Origin: an uncultured Nitrospiraceae bacterium
GTDB taxonomy: Bacteria; Nitrospirota; Thermodesulfovibrionia; UBA6902
Direction of reading: 5' to 3'
Length of the DNA: 58,356 nucleotides
Assembly (NCBI GenBank): GCA_964347155.1
Contig: CAYFXR010000161.1
Location: 1-58,356, forward strand
Shown here: positions 34,599-44,081 of the stretch, one piece after another
How positions within the stretch are numbered: position 1 is the first letter of the stretch
Layout: every line of letters begins with the position of its first letter
Translations under genes and position numbers: made by a program
Notes under the pieces: model-generated
Told to the model about the DNA's origin: nothing
The model's input: the letters and a program-made list of their open reading frames with translations, nothing else
The model's database searches: none

Positions 34599-36494
34599 TC
34601 AAAATGTTAATCTTACCCCTCCTTCTATCCATCTCCCTGGATTCTTAAACACCTCCATCAGATATTGAGAGCCATTAAAGATATTATGAGCACTGAAATA
34701 GAGTTCAATTGCTTTATCATCATTTTTGAAAGTACTCTTTGTCAAATGAATGTCCCATATAAACGAGTTGTATTTTCCCTTGACAAAAGGCGTAGAATTC
34801 CACCATATATAGTGACCCTTAAGCAAAGCCTTAAATGATTTATTGTCACTGTATTGAGTGCCGAAGTCATAGGTGTATTCTGGAATACCTGGGAGTTTCT
34901 CTCCTGTGTCTCTGTTTTTTGCATTAACATATATAAATCCGGTTAATAGAGAAACATTATAAACAGGAATTGTCTTGACCTCTAATTCAAATCCCTGCCT
35001 CCTCTGCTTTTCTTTATTTGCTGATGTAAATGTACCATCAGGCAATTCCTCATCAAAAATTGCATCTGATATATAATGTCTGAACAGACTTGCTCTTAAC
35101 CATAGATATTTAAGTACTGTAGATTCAATGCCTGCCTGAATTGACAGGACCTTTTCAACTTCAAGATCAGGATTAGGCACAGAAAAAAATCCTGTCCCGA
35201 AAGTTTCAGAAAGAGAAGGGATATTGAACCCTCTTGCAACGTATCCTCTTAAAATACTTCTTTCATCAAACGTATAAGTAACTCCAATGCTAGGGCTCAG
35301 GAAATCACCATTGGTTGTTGTATGGTCATACCTGATGCCGGGGTTGAAGGAAAATTCATTAATTGTAATCGTGTCATTGGCAAAAACTGCCCATTTTTCA
35401 AGATGCTGCATCTCATCTGTAATGCTATTTGATTCCAATTCGCCATTATCATAATCCGCACCAACAACTATGTTATTTATACCTTGCTTCCACATAAGCT
35501 TCATACTACCACCGTTTCCTGTATCGTCAAAAGTACTTTTCATTAAATTATCACCTGTGCTCATTTGATCCCAGAAAAACTCTGTATTTTGTCTTGATGT
35601 CCTGAGAGAAAGGCTTAAATCTGCCGCATCGGTTATTGAATAATTCATAGATAAAGTGGAAAAGAGATACTCAAAATCATTGCTGAATGAAAGGTCAAAC
35701 TCAGGGTCTTCACCTCTCCCCCTTGAACCCTTATTGTATCCAAAGGTAAATATGATATCTGTCTTGTTGTTAATATCCAGTTTTAATTTTGTGTACAGGT
35801 TATTTTCAAAAAAATTGGTATTTGGCCTGAGGCCGCCAGATGTGAGATTCCCTGCATAAATATAATAGCCAAAATTATTCTCTCCACCTGATACCTCAGC
35901 CCTGTAATCTCCGGTACCCCTTTCTCCATAAGATGACAAAATGGCACCTCTCATCTTTTCCTCTCCTTCTACAGGTTTAGTTATTATGTTTATCACTCCA
36001 CCAAGAGATGAACCCCATGAAGATGAGGCAGAACCTTTTATAACTTCTACCCTCTCTATATTTTGAACAGGTATTGCGCTTATGTCGGCAAAGTTGTCTG
36101 AAAGATTATTGAATGTAACGCCGTCTATCATAACCAGTACATGTTTGAAATCAGATCCCTGTATAAGTGCCCTTGTTTCACTGCCCGGTCCGCCTCTGAT
36201 ATCCATCTGTACGCCAGGGACGATATTAAGGACATCTGTTAATGTATGTGCATTCATATCTTTAATATCTTTTGCGGTAATAACGGAAATATTTTCTGCA
36301 ACCTGAGAAATAGGCTTAATGGTTCTAGTGGGTGTAACAACCAGTTCATCTTCTTTAAAGTACATCTTTAGTATTTTTATTTCTTCTTCAGTTTGGGCAG
36401 AGGTAAAAGTAGGATAAAGTATTATATTAAGTAATAAGCATAGTGAAAATAAGAGATAACGTAGATGTACGTTTCCTGTTTTAATTTTGATCAT
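34599..36494 (-). CDS. TonB-dependent outer-membrane receptor
   Basis: The start is set at MIKIKTGN, with SD AGGTGA 7 nt upstream. Signal peptide, plug region (ISVITAKDIKDMNAHTLTDVLNIVPGV), a beta-barrel and a C-terminal ...GGVRLTF. Confidence 0.9.
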   Translation of the reverse strand: MIKIKTGNVHLRYLLFSLCLLLNIILYPTFTSAQTEEEIKILKMYFKEDELVVTPTRTIKPISQVAENISVITAKDIKDMNAHTLTDVLNIVPGVQMDIRGGPGSETRALIQGSDFKHVLVMIDGVTFNNLSDNFADISAIPVQNIERVEVIKGSASSSWGSSLGGVINIITKPVEGEEKMRGAILSSYGERGTGDYRAEVSGGENNFGYYIYAGNLTSGGLRPNTNFFENNLYTKLKLDINNKTDIIFTFGYNKGSRGRGEDPEFDLSFSNDFEYLFSTLSMNYSITDAADLSLSLRTSRQNTEFFWDQMSTGDNLMKSTFDDTGNGGSMKLMWKQGINNIVVGADYDNGELESNSITDEMQHLEKWAVFANDTITINEFSFNPGIRYDHTTTNGDFLSPSIGVTYTFDERSILRGYVARGFNIPSLSETFGTGFFSVPNPDLEVEKVLSIQAGIESTVLKYLWLRASLFRHYISDAIFDEELPDGTFTSANKEKQRRQGFELEVKTIPVYNVSLLTGFIYVNAKNRDTGEKLPGIPEYTYDFGTQYSDNKSFKALLKGHYIWWNSTPFVKGKYNSFIWDIHLTKSTFKNDDKAIELYFSAHNIFNGSQYLMEVFKNPGRWIEGGVRLTF

Positions 36495-36521
36495 ATTACA
36501 ATCACCTATTCCTGTCATAAA

Positions 36522-36551
36522 AGTCTACCTGTCTAAAATGACAGGTGGACT
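36522..36551. promoter_or_regulatory. 12-bp-arm palindrome in the divergent TonB-receptor/SBP control region
   Basis: AGTCTACCTGTC-TAAAAT-GACAGGTGGACT with one G-T mismatch. A further CCTGTCAT copy at 36511-36518 could pair alternatively. Confidence 0.4.
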
Positions 36552-36687
36552 TTTAAATAGTACATCTTTTCCATAATAATAATGTAAGTGCAATAATATT
36601 CAAAAAATTATCACATATAATTTTCAGATATATTAAATATAAGTATTTTTTTTGTCTACACCTTAAAACATATTTGAAACAGATACT

Positions 36688-37617
36688 GTGTTAAAAATAA
36701 ACAAAAATCATCAACTTTTAAATTTATATAATTGGCTCATTGTATTATTCATTCTGTCTTGCCACTCCATAGTGTCTGCCGATGGAATTGTAGCAGTCCA
36801 GAGCTTTCTTATTAAACCCTATAATGATGCCCTGGAAGGTTTTAAAAGTATTTGTAACTGTAATGTAAAAGAGTTTGTTGTTTCTGAAATAGAAGGAGCA
36901 GATATAATAAGCGAGATTCACAAAGCAAAACCTGAAATTATTCTCGCCATAGGCATTGATGCACTTGAAAGGATTAAAAATATTAAAGATATACCTATTG
37001 TTCATATGATGATTCTGAATCCGCAATCCGTGACGTCCTACAATAAGAATATCACCGGCGTAAGTCTGTATATATCTCCCGAAAAACAGTTATCCTTCTT
37101 GCGGAAAGTACTGCCCGAAGCAAAAAACATTGGACTTCTGTACGATCCGGCAAGAACAGGAGATTTTGTTGAGAAAGCAAAACGTGCTGCCACAGCAACA
37201 AGTATTAAACTATTTGCAAAGGAAATTCATAAATCAAGAGATTTCTCCGCTCTTTTAAACGGTATGAAGGGAGAGATAAATGCCTATTGGATGCTGCCGG
37301 ATTTAACTGTTGTTACTCCTGAAACGGTTGAATTGTTATTCCTCTTTTCTATCGAAAACAGAATTCCGGTAATTACTTTCTCAAACAAATACCTTGAAAT
37401 GGGTGCCTTGATGTCATTTGATATTGATACCCGTGACATAGGAAAACAGGCAGGAGAAACAGCCAATAACATACTGTCCGGAATGGATGTAAAGAACATG
37501 AAAATGACTGATGCAAGAAAAATAAATATCAATATTAACCGGAAAACAGCAAAGAAGCTTGGAATAACCATGAATGAGCGTATGTTCGGTAACGAAAGGT
37601 TAATGAACCAACAATAA
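36688..37617 (+). CDS. periplasmic substrate-binding protein (ABC_sub_bind-like), sensor-associated
   Basis: 309 aa with a signal/TM N-terminus and a family-typical ...IPVITFSNKYLEMGALMSF...INRKTAKKLGITM. Located 4 nt upstream of the histidine kinase. Confidence 0.7.
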   Translation: MLKINKNHQLLNLYNWLIVLFILSCHSIVSADGIVAVQSFLIKPYNDALEGFKSICNCNVKEFVVSEIEGADIISEIHKAKPEIILAIGIDALERIKNIKDIPIVHMMILNPQSVTSYNKNITGVSLYISPEKQLSFLRKVLPEAKNIGLLYDPARTGDFVEKAKRAATATSIKLFAKEIHKSRDFSALLNGMKGEINAYWMLPDLTVVTPETVELLFLFSIENRIPVITFSNKYLEMGALMSFDIDTRDIGKQAGETANNILSGMDVKNMKMTDARKINININRKTAKKLGITMNERMFGNERLMNQQ

Positions 37618-37621
37618 CACC

Positions 37622-39181
37622 ATGAGGTTTCTGAAACACAATAAAATAAGCTTTGGCACGAAGATTTTTTATGTATTTACTATTTTCATCGTACTCACCT
37701 ATATCTCCTTCTCATCATTTTTTATTTATTATCAAAGTAAAACTTTGAAAAAAAATCTTATAAATGAAGGCAAATTGCTTATAGACCTTCTTTCATATAG
37801 CTCAAGACTCGGCGTGTTTGCAGAGAATGCAAATTTACTGAAAGACCCCATAGAAGGCATTATGCATAACAAAGAAGTAATGCTCGTACAGGTATTTACT
37901 GATAACGGCAGACAATTGAAAAAGCAAGAGAGAACCGGGAAAGAAACGAATGAAAAATCTTCAAAAAAGTATTTCACAAGACACGACAAAATAATGAATA
38001 TGATAAAAAAATCGAAATCAACCTATTATTCTGAAGACAATGATACATTCGAATTCTGGGCACCTGTTATTTCAAAAAGAACTAAGTCTGAAGAAGAAGG
38101 TTTATTTTTCGAAGAAAATGTATCTCAAACTGATGACACAATAATCGGATTTGTCAGGATCATATTTACGACAGAATTGCTGAATAAAAATCTGAAAGGC
38201 ATGTTGTTAAAGAGTATTTTCATCCCGATTACTTTTATGGTACCCGGCTGGTTCATATTATATTTTATAGTCAAGGGAATAACAAGCCCTCTTAACAGGC
38301 TGTCAGATGGTGTTACAGCAGTTGGAACAGGAAGTTCAGTGGAAAGGGTATCTGTTGAAACAAAGGATGAAATAGGCAAACTTGCACAGGCTTTCAACGA
38401 TATGGTCGAATCATTAAAGACTAAGGATGTTGAAAAACAACAGATTGAAGAGCAGTTGAGACAGGCGCAAAAGATGGAGGCAATCGGGACGTTTGCCGGA
38501 GGGATTGCTCATGATTTTAATAATATCCTGAACGTAATAATAGGTTATGGAAATTTATTACTGAAACAAATGAATTCTCAAGATTCTGAAAGAGACTATC
38601 TTGATAACCTGCTATCTACGGCAAAAAGGGCATCATACCTTACAAAGAGCCTCCTTACATTGAGCAGACAACAAGAGATAAACCTTGAGCCGGTAAATAT
38701 CAATGATATTATCAGGAATTTAGAGAAAATCCTGGTGAGTCTTATGAGTAAAGATATAGAAATCAGCACTAACCTTTCAGAGGAAGACCTCGTTGTTATG
38801 GCAGATACAGGCCAAATAGAGCACGTCCTGATAAACCTTGTAACAAATGCACGGGATGCAATGCCTCATGGAGGAACGTTCACAATATCTACAGAATGTG
38901 TCAATAAGGATAAACAATTTATCATATTCTCCGGTCATGGAGATCCCGGTCAATATGCCGTGATATCTGTTACGGATACAGGTATCGGTATGAACGATCA
39001 GATTAAAGAGAAAATATTCGATCCTTTTTTCACAACAAAAGAGCAAGGTAAAGGCACGGGTCTTGGGCTCTCCATGGTATACGGGATCATCAAACAACAC
39101 AATGGCTATATCAATGTCAGCAGCAAACCAGGCCAAGGGACAATATTTAAAATTTACCTCCAGCTAAGCAAACTTCGTTAG
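37622..39181 (+). CDS. sensor histidine kinase (TM-sensor-HAMP-HisKA-HATPase)
   Basis: 519 aa with H-box FAGGIAHDFNNIL, N-box LVTNARDAM and G-boxes DTGIGM/GTGLGLSMV. Confidence 0.92.
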   Translation: MRFLKHNKISFGTKIFYVFTIFIVLTYISFSSFFIYYQSKTLKKNLINEGKLLIDLLSYSSRLGVFAENANLLKDPIEGIMHNKEVMLVQVFTDNGRQLKKQERTGKETNEKSSKKYFTRHDKIMNMIKKSKSTYYSEDNDTFEFWAPVISKRTKSEEEGLFFEENVSQTDDTIIGFVRIIFTTELLNKNLKGMLLKSIFIPITFMVPGWFILYFIVKGITSPLNRLSDGVTAVGTGSSVERVSVETKDEIGKLAQAFNDMVESLKTKDVEKQQIEEQLRQAQKMEAIGTFAGGIAHDFNNILNVIIGYGNLLLKQMNSQDSERDYLDNLLSTAKRASYLTKSLLTLSRQQEINLEPVNINDIIRNLEKILVSLMSKDIEISTNLSEEDLVVMADTGQIEHVLINLVTNARDAMPHGGTFTISTECVNKDKQFIIFSGHGDPGQYAVISVTDTGIGMNDQIKEKIFDPFFTTKEQGKGTGLGLSMVYGIIKQHNGYINVSSKPGQGTIFKIYLQLSKLR

Positions 39182-39269
39182 AAGGACATGTCTTTCCTTT
39201 TTAGTCTATTTTCAACAACAATAAATTGCTCAATTTTATTTGCACATTAGGTTATTAAAAATATTTTAC

Positions 39270-39296
39270 TAAAGATATTTTTCATATTACCGACAA
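39270..39296 (+). promoter_or_regulatory. sigma28-type promoter candidate upstream of a GGDEF gene
   Basis: TAAAGATA-TTTTTCATATT-ACCGACAA: 11-nt spacer, 6/8 match in the -10 box. Confidence 0.5.
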
Positions 39297-39424
39297 GATC
39301 TTTAAATAAGACATTGTCTGTGCCTAAGAGAGGAGTGATATTTCTTTAATTGATACATTAGATTTATGGGCTCAATTTTTTGAATAACCAGTCAAACATA
39401 CTTAAAGAAGGGGAGCTAGCATAA

Positions 39425-40747
39425 ATGGCTCAGGAATTTCAACTCACAGAAATTGATACAGAATTTGAAGAGAAAGTCTATGTAATAGCAGACGAGATTC
39501 TTAAAATACTCAAGGAACTATCTCAAGAAAACAAGAGACAGATAAGCAGTAAGAATATAGCAGATAAGATGTTTCGGAAGGATTCTGTTAAAAATGTCCT
39601 AAATAGTCGTTACCATGAAACATCAGAAAATGGCGAGGAGACGCGGTGTCTCAAGGAATTTTCTAATATGGTTCTTAATAAGGTTACTGAAATTGTGCCG
39701 ACCCCTGTCATAGAACAGTTAAGTAATTTGAAGAAACAGATCCATAATAAAGAAATTATTGGAGGTTCTAAAGAGTGGTTTGAAACACCATTCAATATTA
39801 TTAAAAAATATATATATGCTCTTTCAAGCCGTAACCAAGAACTTGAGGAATTTATGCAGCAAACGATGCTGTATCTCACAAATACAGAGACACACATAAA
39901 AGGCGAATTATCTTCCCGGCAGCGAAAATTTTATGATGACAGGGACTTCGAAAATATTATAGCTAAAAATATGAATGTGATAAAGGATAATATCAATATC
40001 TCTGGCGACTTCAATAGGGTCAGGATGGCATTCATGGACAAGATAGAGAACATTAACAAATGTATCAAGCAAAAGAGGCAGCAGGATATGTTAAATTTAA
40101 AAGAAACAGAAAAAACTTTGGAAGAAATGAGCAAGAAAATGACAGAAATTAAACGTGAAGCCGATGACATAAGGAAGCAATCACAGGAGATAGAATTTGA
40201 ATCTGTCCGTGATGCTCTCACAAGGCTTTATAACCGGAAGGCTTATGACGAGAAAATTATAGAAACACTGGCCCATTTTGAACGGTATAATGTGTCTTCC
40301 TCTTTGATGCTATGTGATATAGACTTTTTTAAAAAAATAAATGATAATTTCGGGCATCAAATAGGAGATCTTGCCCTCAAGAAACTCGCTGTTCTTTTAA
40401 ATGAGAGATTAAGGAAAAATGATTTTATATCAAGATATGGAGGAGAAGAGTTTGCCATTATTCTTCCCCATACAAATCTGGACGGCGCTTTTAATGCAGG
40501 TGAAGGCATCAGGTCTTACATTGATAAATCAGAGTTTTCTTATAAAAATCAAACAATCTCTCTTACAATAAGTGTGGGAATCAGCTCCTTCATGAAAGGG
40601 GACAATAGCAACACAGTCTTTGAAAGGGCAGACAGTGCCCTTTACCTTGCCAAAAGGTCTGGCCGTAATACGGTAAAAACTGAAAAAGATGTCATCGAAG
40701 AAGGAACAGTCTTACATGAAGACCCACTTGATGAGAGATCTGATTAG
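39425..40747 (+). CDS. diguanylate cyclase (coiled-coil N-terminal region + GGDEF)
   Basis: 440 aa with an RYGGEEF active site and the RKND I-site 5 residues upstream. Confidence 0.9.
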   Translation: MAQEFQLTEIDTEFEEKVYVIADEILKILKELSQENKRQISSKNIADKMFRKDSVKNVLNSRYHETSENGEETRCLKEFSNMVLNKVTEIVPTPVIEQLSNLKKQIHNKEIIGGSKEWFETPFNIIKKYIYALSSRNQELEEFMQQTMLYLTNTETHIKGELSSRQRKFYDDRDFENIIAKNMNVIKDNINISGDFNRVRMAFMDKIENINKCIKQKRQQDMLNLKETEKTLEEMSKKMTEIKREADDIRKQSQEIEFESVRDALTRLYNRKAYDEKIIETLAHFERYNVSSSLMLCDIDFFKKINDNFGHQIGDLALKKLAVLLNERLRKNDFISRYGGEEFAIILPHTNLDGAFNAGEGIRSYIDKSEFSYKNQTISLTISVGISSFMKGDNSNTVFERADSALYLAKRSGRNTVKTEKDVIEEGTVLHEDPLDERSD

Positions 40748-40796
40748 TATACTGTTCATAAAATCTTAATTAAAGTCTCTGAGTATAAACTACACT

Positions 40797-40843
40797 GTCA
40801 TTCCCCGACTTGCCCTGAACCAGGAGCGGTTCAGGGTTGAATC
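40797..40843 (+). repeat. GTCATTCC/CCCTGAACC REP-like element
   Basis: GTCATTCCCCGACTTG-CCCTGAACC-AGGAGC-GGTTCAGGG-TTGAATC. Perfect 9-bp stem, 50 nt after the GGDEF gene stop. Confidence 0.65.
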
Positions 40844-40881
40844 TTAAAAAAAAAGATATTTCACGAGCCATTGACCAAGGC

Positions 40882-40909
40882 TAAAGTAATAACTATAAAG
40901 TACCGATAC
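40882..40909 (+). promoter_or_regulatory. sigma28-type promoter candidate of the che operon
   Basis: TAAAGTAA-N12-ACCGATAC, about 80 nt upstream of the HEAT-repeat gene ATG. Confidence 0.55.
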
Positions 40910-40990
40910 TTATGCATAGACTTATAAATTATTTCACTGATTTAAGGAATCAGAAATATCATAAATAATTAAGTATACATCGAGGTAAAA

Positions 40991-42415
40991 ATGCATACGG
41001 CTAAGTTTACAAAACTAATCAGAAATCTCGATCACGAAGATGCATCAAAAAGGCGATCTGCTGCAGAAGCCCTTTCTGAAGGAGATGAAAGAGCTATTTA
41101 TCCCTTAATTAAGGCCTTGAGAGATGACAATTTTGGAGTACAGGATGCTGCAATGCGTTCTCTTATGGAGATAAAAAGGGAATCTACCGCATATATGATA
41201 CTCCCTCTTCTCAGGGAAAACGCTTTTTTAAGAAACACTGCACTTATTATTCTAAGAGAATTAGGGAAAACCACTGTTCCTCTTCTTCACGCCCTGTTAA
41301 GTGATAAAGACGATGATGTAAGAAAATTCGCCCTGGACCTCATTTATGATATCCAATATTGTGATTACCCTGAAAAATTGGCTGAGATGCTCACAGATGA
41401 TCCAAATTCAAATGTAAGGGCAGCTGCTGCAAAAGTTATAGGGATATTACAATTCAGAGAAGCAATTCCTCAACTCCTCAGTGCCTTAGAAGATGAGGAA
41501 TGGGTATGCTTCTCTGCCCTTGAAGCACTCACCAATCTAAGAGATGCAAACTCAGTAGAGTCTATTGCAGTTCTTTTGAAGAGTCCCTCAGAGACAATTC
41601 GTTTTGCAGCTATTGAGGCTCTCGGAAAAATCGGTTCATTAAAAGCAGAGAAACCTCTCGTTGAACATATATCAAAAACTTACGGTCTTCAAAAGATGGC
41701 ATTGATAAAAAGTCTTGTACAGATAGGAACTATTCCCTCAATACCGGGTATATCTGATGTTCTCATTGATATGCTCAAGAATGATGACTGGGAAGAAAAA
41801 TTCATTGCCATTAAAGGTTTGACTTATTTGAAAGAAAAAAAGTCAATCCATTATATAGTCGACGCCGCAGGTTCTCTCGATTTGTCAGATCCGGAAAATG
41901 AAAACAAGCTGTATGTGCTCAGAGAAGCAATTAAAAGTTTTGGCTGCACTAAATCCCTCATAGATATTCTTGATGACAAAACCTTTAAATATCGGGGAAA
42001 GGTCTTTGCGATAGAGACAGTAGGAGACTTAAAGTGCAAAAATGCAGTCTCCGTTCTCATCAAACTTCTCAAAAGCGGATACAGGGATATAAGAAGATCC
42101 AGCATAAAATCACTAAGTCAAATTGACAGTGATGAAACCAAAGAATATTTCATTGAAGCAATTAATGACCATGACAGCCACGTCAGGAAGACAGCTGTTA
42201 CTGCACTTGGAAAGATAAACGATATGGCAGCCTTTGAACCTCTCATGAAAATGCTACACAACGAAAAATACAATGACGTAATTGACGAGTTTGTTAAATC
42301 GCTTCTGAAGATTAATTCTACATTATTTATATCACGTATCAACGAGTTCAACGATTATATTAAAGAGAGTGCCGGAAGATATGCAGAATTCCTCAAACCG
42401 GAGGTTACATGTTAA
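40991..42415 (+). CDS. HEAT-repeat (PBS-lyase-type) protein, first gene of the che operon
   Basis: 474 aa with repeated units (D.D..VR..A..ALG.I). Its stop overlaps the cheR start. Confidence 0.8.
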   Translation: MHTAKFTKLIRNLDHEDASKRRSAAEALSEGDERAIYPLIKALRDDNFGVQDAAMRSLMEIKRESTAYMILPLLRENAFLRNTALIILRELGKTTVPLLHALLSDKDDDVRKFALDLIYDIQYCDYPEKLAEMLTDDPNSNVRAAAAKVIGILQFREAIPQLLSALEDEEWVCFSALEALTNLRDANSVESIAVLLKSPSETIRFAAIEALGKIGSLKAEKPLVEHISKTYGLQKMALIKSLVQIGTIPSIPGISDVLIDMLKNDDWEEKFIAIKGLTYLKEKKSIHYIVDAAGSLDLSDPENENKLYVLREAIKSFGCTKSLIDILDDKTFKYRGKVFAIETVGDLKCKNAVSVLIKLLKSGYRDIRRSSIKSLSQIDSDETKEYFIEAINDHDSHVRKTAVTALGKINDMAAFEPLMKMLHNEKYNDVIDEFVKSLLKINSTLFISRINEFNDYIKESAGRYAEFLKPEVTC

Positions 42416-43224
42416 ATATTCCTCTTTCTGATTCAACATTCAAAAATATAAGGGACTGTATATATGAAAAATGTGGTATCTATATATCCGACACCAAAAA
42501 ATATCTTATCGAAAACAGGCTTGCAAGAATAATACAAGAAAATAATATAAAAAGTTTTGAAGATTACCTGCACATTATCAAAGGTAATTCCAACGGCTCA
42601 GAACTCAACAGGCTCTTTGACGCCGTCACGACAAATGAAACTTATTTTTTCAGGGAGCCACAACAACTTGATGTATTTGCTGACGAAATATTACCTAAAT
42701 TATCGAGACAAAAAAAGAGAATGAAAATATGGTCTGCAGCATGCTCTACTGGTGAAGAACCATATACAATTTCAATGATAATGGTAGAGAAACTGTTAAG
42801 TCCAAGAAATTTTGATATCTATGCTTCAGACATAAGTCAAGGAGTTTTACATTCTGCACAGAATGCCGTTTATAACTCTTATTCCGTGAGAAATATACCT
42901 GAATCTTATCTTAAAAAATATTTTTCAAACAATGGACACCTTTATCATCTTAACTCCTTTGTTAAAAATACCGTTCAATTCATAAAAATAAATCTTATCG
43001 ATGAAAAAAAAATGAAATCATTCCGGGGAATAGATGTTATCTTCTGCCGCAATGTACTTATTTATTTTGATACCAAGGCAAAACAGAAAACAGTCTCATA
43101 TCTTTACGATAGTTTAAAACCCGGAGGTTATTTATTTATAGGGGTTTCCGAAAGTCTTCACAATGTAACGAGGGCATTCAGGCCATGTGTTATAAACAAA
43201 GTCATTATATATCAAAAAGCATGA
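42409..43224 (+). CDS. cheR: chemotaxis protein methyltransferase CheR
   Basis: 271 aa with TNETYFFREPQQ and IWSAACSTGEEPYT motifs. Confidence 0.93.
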   Translation: MLNIPLSDSTFKNIRDCIYEKCGIYISDTKKYLIENRLARIIQENNIKSFEDYLHIIKGNSNGSELNRLFDAVTTNETYFFREPQQLDVFADEILPKLSRQKKRMKIWSAACSTGEEPYTISMIMVEKLLSPRNFDIYASDISQGVLHSAQNAVYNSYSVRNIPESYLKKYFSNNGHLYHLNSFVKNTVQFIKINLIDEKKMKSFRGIDVIFCRNVLIYFDTKAKQKTVSYLYDSLKPGGYLFIGVSESLHNVTRAFRPCVINKVIIYQKA

Positions 43225-43270
43225 AAATGAAAGAAACACAAATGTTTTTTTTATTTGGGAGGGGAACGGC

Positions 43271-43654
43271 ATGAAAATTTTGATTGTAGAAGATTGCCAA
43301 ACTACAAGAAAACTGCTTGGACATTATCTGAAATCCATGGGATATTCGGTTATATTTGCTGAAAACGGTCTTGATGCCCTTGAGAAACTTGGAACAGATA
43401 CGGTCAACCTCATAATGACAGATTTGAACATGCCATATATGGATGGATTGGAATTTGTAAAGACATTGCGGTCAGATTCAAACCTGTCAGATATCCCTGT
43501 CCTTATGGTCACAACTGAAAACGATGAAAAGGAGCGTGAAAAGGCCTTCAGTATCGGTGCGAACGGGTATATCGTAAAGCCGGTAACAGGGGACATTATT
43601 GAACAGAATATAAAGACAATTTTACATAAGGTATTAAAAAAGGGAGGAAATTAA
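43271..43654 (+). CDS. CheY-like single-domain response regulator
   Basis: 127 aa with a receiver domain (ILIVEDC...MTDLNMPYMDG...YIVKP). Confidence 0.9.
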   Translation: MKILIVEDCQTTRKLLGHYLKSMGYSVIFAENGLDALEKLGTDTVNLIMTDLNMPYMDGLEFVKTLRSDSNLSDIPVLMVTTENDEKEREKAFSIGANGYIVKPVTGDIIEQNIKTILHKVLKKGGN

Positions 43655-44044
43655 ATGTCCGACAATAAAATGAAAATACTAATTGTTGATGACTTTTCCA
43701 CGATGCGAAGAATAATCAAAAACCTTCTCAAACAACTTGGCTACGAAAACATAGAAGAAGCTGAGGACGGTGCACAGGCCTTGTCAAAATTAAAAAGCAA
43801 TGATTTTAGTTTTGTTATTAGCGACTGGAATATGCCCAATATGGACGGGCTTGAGCTTTTAAAAAATCTACGAAGTGATGATTCATTGAAAGACATACCT
43901 GTCCTTATGGTTACTGCTGAGGCAGAGAAGGAAAAAGTTGTAACTGCAATACAATCAGGAGTCAATAATTATATCGTCAAGCCTTTTACACAGGAAGTTT
44001 TAAAAGAGAAAATGGACAAGATACTTGAAAAACTCTCATCATAG
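43655..44044 (+). CDS. cheY: chemotaxis response regulator CheY
   Basis: 129 aa with [13 protein letters not shown]...[15 protein letters not shown]...NNYIVKPFT. Confidence 0.95.
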   Translation: MSDNKMKILIVDDFSTMRRIIKNLLKQLGYENIEEAEDGAQALSKLKSNDFSFVISDWNMPNMDGLELLKNLRSDDSLKDIPVLMVTAEAEKEKVVTAIQSGVNNYIVKPFTQEVLKEKMDKILEKLSS

Positions 44045-44081
44045 CAGCAGGTTAAATTTTATTTGTGGATGGAGATAAGAA

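Noticed and set aside
36495-36687. A cobalamin riboswitch in front of the BtuB-sized TonB-dependent receptor.
   Set aside because: The leader is very AT-rich and has no B12-box-like or other GC-rich conserved core.
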